Shown here: one piece after another, positions 48,336 to 57,700 of the stretch
Numbering within the stretch: the first letter of the stretch is position 1
Layout: the number at the start of each line of letters is the position of its first letter
NCBI GenBank assembly: GCA_946643435.1
Contig: CAMPCD010000001.1
Coordinates: forward strand, 88,117-152,116
Direction of reading: 5' to 3'
DNA length: 64,000 nucleotides
Origin: an uncultured bacterium
GTDB taxonomy: Bacteria; Bacillota_I; Bacilli_A; RF39; UBA660
The notes under the pieces: model-generated
Databases searched by the model: none
Seen by the model: only the letters and a program-made list of their open reading frames with translations
Told to the model about the DNA's origin: nothing
Translations under genes and position numbers: made by a program

Positions 48336-48887
48336 TTATTTTGTGCATCCAGTAAATACAAAAGGCAAAAATAAAATAGATAATAATCCTATGACGAGTA
48401 TTATCATTGCATTATGATAACCTTTTTTTAATTGGTATAAAATAGTATAAGCCTTTTCTATTGTTTCGCTTTCATAGTTATCGCGGTAGTATTTGATTTT
48501 ATTATAATCAGCACCTAATTCTTGTAAACTAAAAGATTTAGTTTTCCAATGTTCATATTTTTTTAACATATTTGAAGCAAATATTTCTGAAATATATTCT
48601 TCTGAATTATCTATATATTCCTTAATTTTTTTATTATTAGGATATTCTATTAAATACTTATTAGCCAAATCATAACATTTTTGATAATTACCATTATCAA
48701 AATATTCTTTAAGTTCATTAATACAGTTACTAAGTTTACTATTAATATTCTTCACTGTAATAGATTCTTCATCTAATAAGGATGTTACTCCACAATAATT
48801 ACAAGTAAATTTTTCTAAATTAGAGTTAACTTCTAATTTAGCTCCACATGAAGGACAAACTAATTTTAATAATTTCATACTAATCAC
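48336..48887 (-). CDS. Zinc-ribbon protein with C-terminal TM anchor (hypothetical)
   Basis: CPSCGAKL...CNYCG zinc ribbon. C-terminal IILVIGLLSILFLPFVF. Confidence 0.55.
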   Translation of the reverse strand: MISMKLLKLVCPSCGAKLEVNSNLEKFTCNYCGVTSLLDEESITVKNINSKLSNCINELKEYFDNGNYQKCYDLANKYLIEYPNNKKIKEYIDNSEEYISEIFASNMLKKYEHWKTKSFSLQELGADYNKIKYYRDNYESETIEKAYTILYQLKKGYHNAMIILVIGLLSILFLPFVFTGCTK

Positions 48888-48940
48888 TCACTTATATACT
48901 TATTATATCAAAAATAATATAAAACAAATAAAAAAGAGGA

Positions 48941-49555
48941 CTAATCCTCTTTTGGTTTAACAACTATATGTCTATTAGGTTCTTCACCTTCAGATTCAGT
49001 ATAAACTGTCTTAAATTTTTCAGATATGTAATTATGAATAATTCTTCTTTCATATGAATTCATATTTTCCATAATAACAGGATTTTTAGTTTGTTCTACT
49101 TCTTTAGCTATTGTTTTAGCTGTTCTAATTAAATATTTTTCTTGGTTTTCTTTATAATTAGATACATCTAATAATACATAAGGATAACAACCTGTAGCAT
49201 TCTTAACTACTTGTTTAACTACTGTAGTTAATGCTTGAAGTGTCTTACCTTGTTTACCAATTAAAATATTATTATTGTCTGAGAACATTCTAATTGTAAT
49301 TTGTTTTTCTCTTACTTGAGTTTCAAATGAAACATCTAATCCCATATCTTTAGTTAAATTTTCTAAATAATGTTTAATAAATGCTAATACTTCAGTCATT
49401 TTAAAAACATGTAATTTAACTAATTCTTTCTTTAATAAACCAACTTTTTCTTTAGTTACTGAATAAAGAATATCATCTTCTTCTAATTTTAATTCATCTA
49501 AAGCTTGTTGTATTAATGTTTCTTTATCTTTTCCTTCATATAAATATTCTTGCAT
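48941..49555 (-). CDS. jag: Jag/KhpB RNA-binding protein (KH plus R3H domains)
   Basis: C-terminal R3H SYERRIIHNYISEKFKTVYTESEGEEPNRHIVV. Downstream of yidC. Confidence 0.8.
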   Translation of the reverse strand: MQEYLYEGKDKETLIQQALDELKLEEDDILYSVTKEKVGLLKKELVKLHVFKMTEVLAFIKHYLENLTKDMGLDVSFETQVREKQITIRMFSDNNNILIGKQGKTLQALTTVVKQVVKNATGCYPYVLLDVSNYKENQEKYLIRTAKTIAKEVEQTKNPVIMENMNSYERRIIHNYISEKFKTVYTESEGEEPNRHIVVKPKED

Positions 49556-49556
49556 A

Positions 49557-50504
49557 TTACTTACCTACTTTCTTTATGATTAATGTTTGTATTACTGAGA
49601 ATGCATTTATAATTACCCAATATAAAGCGATTGCTGAAGGTAATTGGAATGATGCAATACCAATAAATACTATCATCATGATCATCATCATCTTAGATTG
49701 TCTTTGTTGTTCTGAATTACCTGACATGCTACTCATTGAAATCATGAAAGTTAATACAGTAAATAATATAATTAATACAAGTAATATAATATACCAATAA
49801 TTACCATGAGTTATTCCATATAAAGGAGTTGTACCTAATTGGAAAGCCCATAAGTTATTTTCAAATATTGCAGGAGTTCTATTAATTGCTTCTAAGAAAG
49901 CAAAGAATATTGGTAATTGAACTAACATAATTAAACAAGATGATAAAGGATTAACTTTATACTTTTGATAAATCATCATAGTTTCTTGAGATTTCTTCAT
50001 CATACTGTTTTGATCATCTTTACCTGCATATTTCTTTTCAAGTCTTTCTAATTCAGGTTGAACTTTTTTCATTACTTCTTGTTGTTTAGTAGATTTAATA
50101 GTAAATGGTAATAAAATAATTCTAATAATTATACCTATTAACATAACTGATATACCTATGTTACCTACTAGTTTACCAACATTAATTATTAACCATGATA
50201 ATGGTTGTACAAATAATTGAGTCCAGATTCCTTCATAAGGATTCTTCCAAGCACCCATTTCATCACATACAACTAAATTATCTAGATTAGTTGGATTTTT
50301 ACCACTATTTATTAAATCTTTATTTTCATTATATTTATTTAATAATTGTTCATCTTTTGGTAAACATAAAATATTAGCTGTTAAAGCTTGACCTGTTGCA
50401 TCATTAATAATTCGTTGTTTATTATTATCAACTAATGTTTGAGTACATCCTGTTAATAAAAAAACAAACATAACTATTAATACTAGTTGTAGTTTCTTTT
50501 TCAT
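49557..50504 (-). CDS. yidC: Membrane protein insertase YidC/SpoIIIJ (lipoprotein type)
   Basis: Lipobox LLTGC. Five-TM 60-kDa insertase core. Position rnpA-yidC-jag. Confidence 0.9.
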   Translation of the reverse strand: MKKKLQLVLIVMFVFLLTGCTQTLVDNNKQRIINDATGQALTANILCLPKDEQLLNKYNENKDLINSGKNPTNLDNLVVCDEMGAWKNPYEGIWTQLFVQPLSWLIINVGKLVGNIGISVMLIGIIIRIILLPFTIKSTKQQEVMKKVQPELERLEKKYAGKDDQNSMMKKSQETMMIYQKYKVNPLSSCLIMLVQLPIFFAFLEAINRTPAIFENNLWAFQLGTTPLYGITHGNYWYIILLVLIILFTVLTFMISMSSMSGNSEQQRQSKMMMIMMIVFIGIASFQLPSAIALYWVIINAFSVIQTLIIKKVGK

Positions 50505-50828
50505 TTAATCACCCTTAATAATATTCAATATATCTTCTTCCAATACAATATACTTAGCTTCTATTGCATTTCTCTTCACTATTATAATATAATCATTACC
50601 ATTTTTAAACATATTTTTATATTTATTAAGTATCATCCTAGTTACTCTTTTCATTTTATTTCTGATAACTGCTGTACCATTCTTTTTTGATACAGCAATA
50701 CCAAATCTATTAAAGTTTAAATTATTATCCTTATTATATATAACAAAAAAAGTACCCTTTTTATATTTACCAGTATTAATGATATTATCAAAATCTTTAT
50801 GTTCTTTAACTATTTCATATTTTTTCAT
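50505..50828 (-). CDS. rnpA: RNase P protein component
   Basis: 107 aa basic protein. KKNGTAVIRNKMKRVTRMIL motif. Confidence 0.85.
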   Translation of the reverse strand: MKKYEIVKEHKDFDNIINTGKYKKGTFFVIYNKDNNLNFNRFGIAVSKKNGTAVIRNKMKRVTRMILNKYKNMFKNGNDYIIIVKRNAIEAKYIVLEEDILNIIKGD

Positions 50829-50842
50829 TAATACTCCTCCAT

Positions 50843-50869
50843 AAAATAAAAACCACTATAAAAAGTGGA
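50843..50869 (-). terminator. Attenuator/terminator hairpin between rpmH and rnpA
   Basis: Minus strand CCACTTTTTATAGTGG followed by TTTTTATTTT. Confidence 0.6.
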
Positions 50870-50995
50870 TTATTTTGTAATTAAATTTTTTCTTCCTTTA
50901 GCTCTTCTAGTTTTTAATACTTTACTATTCTTACGAGCGAAGAATCCATGTTTTTTAGCTTTTTTTCTATTATTTGGTTGAAATGGTCTTTTCAT
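50870..50995 (-). CDS. rpmH: 50S ribosomal protein L34
   Basis: [41 protein letters not shown] (41 aa). Not in ORF track (<60 aa). Confidence 0.9.
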   Translation of the reverse strand: MKRPFQPNNRKKAKKHGFFARKNSKVLKTRRAKGRKNLITK

Positions 50996-51317
50996 AAAAT
51001 TACACCTCCACATCTCAAATGCAAGGTTATTATATTATATTAATTTTTTCAAGTCAACCTATTTTCGTAGATTATAGCACTTTTCAACTGTTTGAACGTT
51101 CATTGTTAATAAATTATTAATAGTTTTCAAATACTTTTAAAACAAATTTGTTGAAACTGTTGAAAACTTAATTATTTCCCTTTATAATAGGCAATTAAAT
51201 GTTGATAAGTATGTTGATAACTAAGTGAAAACTTTTTTATTAATATATTAACTTTACTTTTTCAACATGGATATATTAAACTTTATTTAGTGTTAAAAAA
51301 ATAGACAGGGTGGTTAT
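50996..51317. other. oriC, left part (rpmH-dnaA intergenic) with DnaA-box variants
   Basis: TGTTGATAA x2 (51200-51208, 51212-51220; rc TTATCAACA). TTTTCAACA-type boxes at 51081-51089, 51158-51166, 51259-51267. GTTTCAACA at 51149-51157. Confidence 0.7.
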
Positions 51318-52739
51318 ATGAATGTTGATGAACTTACAACTAATTTTCAGGCAACGATACAATCTAAAGTATCCAACGCATTATATAACGCATGGTTCAA
51401 GAATCTACAAATATTAGATATAGATCAATCAACTATAGTAATGTATATAGATTCAGACTTTAAGAAGAAAAAGATACTTGAAAATAGTAGTTATATAGAT
51501 ATTATAGAAAAAACTTTAAAAGATATAACTAAAAAAGATTATAATTTTGAACTTGTAACTGATTTTATGATAAATGAGGAACCTACTCCTCCTAAAATTG
51601 AAAATAATAATAATAATAATAATTTTATAAATAACTTTAATAATACTAATAATATTATTACTCAGGAAGAACAAGCTGAATATAGAAATATTAATAGTAA
51701 TTTAAATCCTAACTATAGATTTGATAACTTTATTGTTGGAGAATCAAATATGGTTGCTCAAGCTGCTGCATTGGAAGTTGCTAAAAATCCAGGTAAAACA
51801 TTTAATCCATTCTTTATATATGGTAGATCTGGAATTGGTAAAACCCATTTAATGCATGCAATTGGTAATTATATAGTAGAAAATAGTAATAAATCTGTAT
51901 TATATGTTACATCTGGACAATTCATTGAAGATTTTACTGAAATGACTAGAAAATATAATAATACTGATAATACTAGTTTAATTGAACGATTTAAAGATAA
52001 ATATCGTAATATTGATGTATTAATAATAGATGATATTCAAATGTTAAAGGATGCTAGTAAAACACAAAATGAATTCTTCCAAACATTTGATTTACTACAA
52101 AATAATAATAAACAAATAATTATATCTTCGGATACATCACCAAATGACTTAAAGATGTTTGAAGATAGACTTAAAACTAGGTTTAATTGGGGAATGACCC
52201 TAGATATTAAGCCTCCTGAATTAAGTTTAAAGATAAAAATATTAAAGAATAAGATATTAGGTATGGAAATAGCCAGTGAAATAGATGAAGATGTATATGA
52301 ATATATCGCAACTAATTCATTATCAGACGTAAGAACACTAGAAGGTGCTATAAATAGACTACTAGCCTATACTTCTCTATTCGTACCTGATAGAATTACA
52401 TTAGACTTTGCAAAAGAAGCTTTAAAAGATTACTTAGGTAATAATCAGTATACTACTAATGATTTAGCTAAAATACGAAAAGTAGTAGCTGAATACTATG
52501 ATGTTACCGAAGATTCAATAAAAAGTAAGAAAAGACAAGCAAATATCAATAAAGCAAGGCAAGTTGGTATGTACTTAGCTAGTATAACTACTGAAGAAAC
52601 AGTCGAAAAGATTGGTATTGAGTTTGGTAGAGATCATGCTACTGTACTACATGGTGTATCTAAAATAGAAGAACAATTAAAAGAAGATAAAGAACTTAGT
52701 CATGAGATATCTGAACTAAGAGATAAATTAATAAGTTAA
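51318..52739 (+). CDS. dnaA: Chromosomal replication initiator DnaA
   Basis: AAA+ Walker A GRSGIGKTHLMHA. Sensor/box VII. C-terminal DNA-binding domain ...KRQANINKARQVGMYL. Poly-Asn linker encoded by (AAT)7 at 51603-51623. Confidence 0.95.
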   Translation: MNVDELTTNFQATIQSKVSNALYNAWFKNLQILDIDQSTIVMYIDSDFKKKKILENSSYIDIIEKTLKDITKKDYNFELVTDFMINEEPTPPKIENNNNNNNFINNFNNTNNIITQEEQAEYRNINSNLNPNYRFDNFIVGESNMVAQAAALEVAKNPGKTFNPFFIYGRSGIGKTHLMHAIGNYIVENSNKSVLYVTSGQFIEDFTEMTRKYNNTDNTSLIERFKDKYRNIDVLIIDDIQMLKDASKTQNEFFQTFDLLQNNNKQIIISSDTSPNDLKMFEDRLKTRFNWGMTLDIKPPELSLKIKILKNKILGMEIASEIDEDVYEYIATNSLSDVRTLEGAINRLLAYTSLFVPDRITLDFAKEALKDYLGNNQYTTNDLAKIRKVVAEYYDVTEDSIKSKKRQANINKARQVGMYLASITTEETVEKIGIEFGRDHATVLHGVSKIEEQLKEDKELSHEISELRDKLIS

Positions 52740-52878
52740 AAAGTAATTAATTATTAACATATAATACTAATAATTATTTATAAAAATCAACGTATTTGTG
52801 TATAAAATAACACTTTTCAACTTTTTCAACAGCCTATAATAATACTAAATATAAAAAAGAAAGAAAGAAGGAATAAAC
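52740..52878. other. oriC, right part (dnaA-dnaN intergenic): DnaA boxes plus AT-rich unwinding element
   Basis: TTTTCAACT/TTTTCAACA at 52814-52831. Flanking runs of A/T. Confidence 0.6.
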
Positions 52879-54000
52879 ATGAAGTTTTCAATAAATAAAA
52901 ATATTATATTAAATGAATTAATAAATGTATCTAGAGCTATATCTTCTAGAAATATTATACCTATATTAAATGGTATTAAATTTGACTTAAATAATGAAGG
53001 ATTATATTTAACAGGATCTGATTCAGATCTTACTATTAAATCTTATATACCTAAAGATAAGATAGAATCTGTTGAAAAAGAAGGAGTTATTATTATCCAA
53101 TCTAAATATTTATTAGATATTATTAAGAAAATGCCTGGAGAAATTGTTAACTTTGAAGTTGTAGATGACTTAAAGATAATTATTTATTCAGATAATTCAG
53201 AATATAATTTAAATTGTTTAAATAGTTTAGATTATCCTGAAATACAATTAGAAGATAATACTACTCATATTAATTTATTATCTAGTGAATTAAAGAAAAT
53301 GATTAATCAAACATCATTTGCTGTATCAAATCAAGAATCTAGACCTTTATTAACAGGTTTAAATATTAAAATTAATGGTGATATTCTAGAATGTGTTGCA
53401 ACAGACTCTTATAGATTAGCTAAGAAAGTTATTACTTTAGCTACACCATATGAAGAAAATGTTAATATAGTTATACCTGGTAGAACTATATGTGAATTAG
53501 ATAAAATATTAGAAGATAAAGAAGAAAATGTAGAAATACATGTATTCCCTAAGAAAATTATGTTTAAATATAATAATATAATATTCCAAACTAACCTATT
53601 AAATGGTGAATATCCTAATACTTCTAACTTTATTCCTACTGAATTTACTCATATAGTTAAAGTTAATTTAAATAATTATTATTCATCATTAGATAGAGCT
53701 GCCCTACTTACTCAAAGTAAGGAAAAGAATATTGTAAAGATGGAATTATTAGAAAATACATTGATTTTATCATCATTTGCTTCAGAAATTGGTAAAGTTG
53801 AAGATAAAATACAAGTAGAAAGAAATATTCAAGATTCATTAAGTATTAGTTTCTCATCTAAATATATGATGGATGCCTTAAAAACATTTGATTCAGAAGA
53901 TATTACTATTAATATGACTACTGATTCAAAACCTATTATTTTAAAGGCTACAGATGATGATTCACTTGTACAATTAATATTACCTATTAAGACATATTAA
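52879..54000 (+). CDS. dnaN: DNA polymerase III beta sliding clamp
   Basis: 373 aa. Three-domain clamp. Follows dnaA. Confidence 0.9.
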   Translation: MKFSINKNIILNELINVSRAISSRNIIPILNGIKFDLNNEGLYLTGSDSDLTIKSYIPKDKIESVEKEGVIIIQSKYLLDIIKKMPGEIVNFEVVDDLKIIIYSDNSEYNLNCLNSLDYPEIQLEDNTTHINLLSSELKKMINQTSFAVSNQESRPLLTGLNIKINGDILECVATDSYRLAKKVITLATPYEENVNIVIPGRTICELDKILEDKEENVEIHVFPKKIMFKYNNIIFQTNLLNGEYPNTSNFIPTEFTHIVKVNLNNYYSSLDRAALLTQSKEKNIVKMELLENTLILSSFASEIGKVEDKIQVERNIQDSLSISFSSKYMMDALKTFDSEDITINMTTDSKPIILKATDDDSLVQLILPIKTY

Positions 54001-54037
54001 GAAGATTTTATATCTTCTTTTTATTTTTGTTAAAAAA

Positions 54038-54056
54038 TCGACATTTTTCGACATTT
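54038..54056 (+). promoter_or_regulatory. Direct repeat TCGACATTT-t-TCGACATTT upstream of comK-like gene
   Basis: Two 9-bp copies separated by 1 nt, ~40 bp upstream of ATG 54094. Confidence 0.3.
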
Positions 54057-54093
54057 CTTTTTGTTATAGTACCCATTGAAAAGGAGATGTATT

Positions 54094-54543
54094 ATGAAAA
54101 ATTATGTGATAACTGGGGATACTTTAGCTATATTACCCTACTCTACAGGATCTATTATATATGAGACTAATCAAACACTTATAATTAATAAATTACCTAA
54201 TAATATAATTAGTTATAACTGTTTATTATTTGGTTCTTCCTATAAAGGCAGAGTTAAAGGTTCTAAGAATCTAATTGGATTTAAGTATAAAAATCCTATT
54301 AGTATTAATGATAGTTTAATATTCTTTCCCACTACTTCACCTAGATTAAAGGAATGTAGCTGGATTAATTATATTAATGTTAAAAAAGTTGATTTTATTA
54401 ACAATATAAATATGACTAAAATACAGTTTATTAATGATTTAGAATTGAAATTTCATATATCAAAAAATATAATAAATAATCAAATTAATAAATCTTATAT
54501 TTTGAATAGCAAAATTCACATGAATTTAGGCTATTTTGTGTAA
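54094..54543 (+). CDS. ComK-family protein (competence transcription factor-like)
   Basis: Similar to staphylococcal/bacillary ComK across its length: YVITGDTLAILP, CLLFGSSYKGR, IFFPTTSPRLKECSWINYINVKKV, TKIQFINDLELKFHISKN. Start at Met with AAAGGAGA SD. Confidence 0.55.
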   Translation: MKNYVITGDTLAILPYSTGSIIYETNQTLIINKLPNNIISYNCLLFGSSYKGRVKGSKNLIGFKYKNPISINDSLIFFPTTSPRLKECSWINYINVKKVDFINNINMTKIQFINDLELKFHISKNIINNQINKSYILNSKIHMNLGYFV

Positions 54544-54645
54544 TTTATTGTTTTTTAACCCTTATTTTTATGATATAATATATTTGTGTATAGGAGTACA
54601 TAAAAGGTCTAATTTTGCCTTAAAAATTAATTTAGGGGGATTATT

Positions 54646-55743
54646 ATGAAATTTATTAATATTAAGTTAACAAATTTTCGTAATTATAAAAAACTTAATC
54701 TTTCATTCAATCCTACTAAAAATATAATAATAGGTGAAAATGGAGAAGGTAAGACAAATATAGTAGAAGCTTTATATGTATTAGCTTTATCCAAATCTTT
54801 TAGAGGATCTAAAGAAGATGTAATTATATTAAATGGTGAAGATTCTACATGTATAGAAGGAACTGTTAAAGATAATTACAAGGATAAATATAAGTTAGTT
54901 TTATCTAAAGAGGGTAAGAAAGTATTTATTAATGATACTAAAATAGATAAAATATCTGATTATTTATCCAAAATAAACATAGTTTTATTTACTTCTGAGG
55001 ATTTAAAACTTATTAAAGATACTCCAAATACAAGAAGAAGACTTATCAATATTGAATTAAGCCAATATTCTAATGAATATCTTAAGTTATTATCTAATTA
55101 TAATAAAGTACTTAAACAAAGAAATGCATTCCTTAAAATGTTATATTTCAATGGTAATGCATCACGTAATTATTTAGATATATTAACGGATCAATTGATT
55201 GAAATAGGTTTAAAACTATATAATTATCGACAAGATTTTGTTAATAATATATCTAATTATATTGAAAATAATTACTATAAAATAGCTAAAAAGCATGGAT
55301 TAGTACTTAGTTATAAGTCTGATTATAAAAATAAATCAAAAGAAGACTTATTAAATATGTATAAAAAGAATATAGATAAAGATATAACTCAAGGTAAAAC
55401 AAATTTAGGTATTCATCATGATGATTTTATATTTGAATTAAATGGTAAAAATTTAAAGGATTATGGATCAGAGGGTGAACAAAAAAATGCTATTATAAGC
55501 CTTAAAATGGCTGAAATAGACATATTTAAGAATGATTTGAATATTATGCCTATATTGATATTAGATGATTTATTTTCAGAATTAGATAAGAAGAAAATAA
55601 ATAATATATTAGATTTTATATCTGATGATATACAAACTTTTGTTACAACAACAGATCTTACAAAAGTTGATAAGAGATTAAAAGTAGGTAGTAAAATATT
55701 TAAAATAAAAAATGGTAGCATTAAGGAGGTAAATTATGAATAA
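54646..55743 (+). CDS. recF: DNA replication and repair protein RecF
   Basis: Walker [20 protein letters not shown]-like signature and D-loop [12 protein letters not shown]. Confidence 0.9.
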   Translation: MKFINIKLTNFRNYKKLNLSFNPTKNIIIGENGEGKTNIVEALYVLALSKSFRGSKEDVIILNGEDSTCIEGTVKDNYKDKYKLVLSKEGKKVFINDTKIDKISDYLSKINIVLFTSEDLKLIKDTPNTRRRLINIELSQYSNEYLKLLSNYNKVLKQRNAFLKMLYFNGNASRNYLDILTDQLIEIGLKLYNYRQDFVNNISNYIENNYYKIAKKHGLVLSYKSDYKNKSKEDLLNMYKKNIDKDITQGKTNLGIHHDDFIFELNGKNLKDYGSEGEQKNAIISLKMAEIDIFKNDLNIMPILILDDLFSELDKKKINNILDFISDDIQTFVTTTDLTKVDKRLKVGSKIFKIKNGSIKEVNYE

Positions 55744-57688
55744 AGAACAAATAAAAGAATTAAACGCTAAAATCGATGAATATGATGATAGTGAGATTCA
55801 AGTTCTTGAAGGACTAGAGGCAGTTCGTAAAAGACCTGGTATGTATATAGGTACTACTTCTGAAAGAGGATTACATCATTTAGTTTGGGAAATTGTTGAT
55901 AATTCAATAGATGAAGCTTTAGCTGGTTTTTGTACTGATATTCAAGTAAAAATAGAGAAGGGAAATATTATATCTGTTAGAGATAATGGACGTGGTATGC
56001 CAACTGGAATGAACGAAAAAACTGGAAAATCTACAATAGAAACAATATTTACTGTATTACATGCAGGTGGTAAGTTTGGTGGAGGAGGATACAAAGTATC
56101 TGGTGGACTTCACGGAGTAGGTGCGTCTGTTGTTAATGCGTTATCTACATGGTTGGAAGTAAAAGTATATAGAGATGAAAAAGTATATTTTCAAAAATTT
56201 GAAAATGGTGGACAACCATTAGGAGCTACTACTGTTATTGATTCATGTGATAATGATATCCATGGTACAGAAGTAAGATTTAAAGCTGATCCTACTATAT
56301 TTACTGAAACTACAGTATATAATTATGCAACATTAGAACAAAGATTAAGAGAATTAGCTTTCTTAAATAAAGGATTAAGAATATCTTTAATTGATGAAAG
56401 AGAAGATGAAATAAAAAGAGCTAATTTCCATTATGAAGGTGGTATATCTGAATATGTTAAGCTATTAAATAAGAATAAAACACCAATTCATGATGTAGTT
56501 GCATTTGAAGGTGAAGAAGACGATATTTCTATTGAAATAGCTTTACAATACAATGAAGAATATAATTCAGCTATATATTCATTTACTAATAATATTAGAA
56601 CACATGAAGGTGGAACTCATGAAGATGGTGTAAAAGCTGCATTAACAAGAATTATTAATAAATATGGTAGAAATACTAATATTTTAAAAGAAAAAGATGA
56701 AGCTTTAAAAGGTGAAGATGTACAAGAAGGTTTAACTATGGTTATTTCTTGTAAACACCCAGATCCACAATTTGAGGGACAAACTAAGACTAAATTAGGT
56801 AACTCTGAAGTAAGAAAGATTGCAAGTGATGTATTTAGTGAAGGATTTGAACGTTATTTAATGGAAAATCCTGAACAAGCACGAACAATTGTTTCTAAAT
56901 GTGCTTTAGCTTCTCAAGCTAGATTAGCTGCAAAGAAGGCTAGAGAAAATACAAGAAGAAAAACAAGTTTAGATAGCATTAATTTTATGGGTAAATTGAC
57001 TGATTGTAAGTCTAAAAATGCTGAAGAGTGTGAAATATTCATAGTCGAGGGTAATTCCGCTGGTGGTTCTGCTAAAATGGGTAGAGATTATATGACTCAA
57101 GCAGTATTACCATTAAGAGGAAAAATATTAAATGTTGAAAAAGCTAGATTAGATAGAGCTTTAAATAATGAAGAAATAAAATCTATGATTACTGCATTTG
57201 GTACAGGAATTGGTGAAGATTTTGATGTTAATAAATTAAGATATCATAAAATAATTATCATGACTGATGCCGATGTTGATGGTGATCACATCAGAACATT
57301 ATTATTAACATTATTCTATAGATTCTTTAAACCTATAGTTGAAGGTGGATATGTATATGCAGCTCAACCTCCATTATTTAAGGTTACATATGGTAAAAAG
57401 ACAGTTTTAGTTCAAACTGAAAATGATTTACCTAAAGTATTAGAAGAAATACCTGAAAAATATAGAAATAATGTAATAATTAACCGATTCAAAGGTTTAG
57501 GTGAAATGAATCCAGAAGAATTAAGAGATACAACAATGTCTAAAACAAATAGAGTTTTAAGAAGAATCACAGTTGATGATGCAATGGCAGCTGATGAAGC
57601 ATTTAGCTTATTGATGTCAGATAATGTTGAACCAAGACGTGATTTCATTGTTGAAAATGCTGGATATGTTAAGAATTTAGATATATAG
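55736..57688 (+). CDS. gyrB: DNA gyrase subunit B
   Basis: GHKL ATPase, TOPRIM ([14 protein letters not shown]), C-terminal tail. 650 aa. Confidence 0.95.
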   Translation: MNKEQIKELNAKIDEYDDSEIQVLEGLEAVRKRPGMYIGTTSERGLHHLVWEIVDNSIDEALAGFCTDIQVKIEKGNIISVRDNGRGMPTGMNEKTGKSTIETIFTVLHAGGKFGGGGYKVSGGLHGVGASVVNALSTWLEVKVYRDEKVYFQKFENGGQPLGATTVIDSCDNDIHGTEVRFKADPTIFTETTVYNYATLEQRLRELAFLNKGLRISLIDEREDEIKRANFHYEGGISEYVKLLNKNKTPIHDVVAFEGEEDDISIEIALQYNEEYNSAIYSFTNNIRTHEGGTHEDGVKAALTRIINKYGRNTNILKEKDEALKGEDVQEGLTMVISCKHPDPQFEGQTKTKLGNSEVRKIASDVFSEGFERYLMENPEQARTIVSKCALASQARLAAKKARENTRRKTSLDSINFMGKLTDCKSKNAEECEIFIVEGNSAGGSAKMGRDYMTQAVLPLRGKILNVEKARLDRALNNEEIKSMITAFGTGIGEDFDVNKLRYHKIIIMTDADVDGDHIRTLLLTLFYRFFKPIVEGGYVYAAQPPLFKVTYGKKTVLVQTENDLPKVLEEIPEKYRNNVIINRFKGLGEMNPEELRDTTMSKTNRVLRRITVDDAMAADEAFSLLMSDNVEPRRDFIVENAGYVKNLDI

Positions 57689-57700
57689 GAGGTTTGAAAC

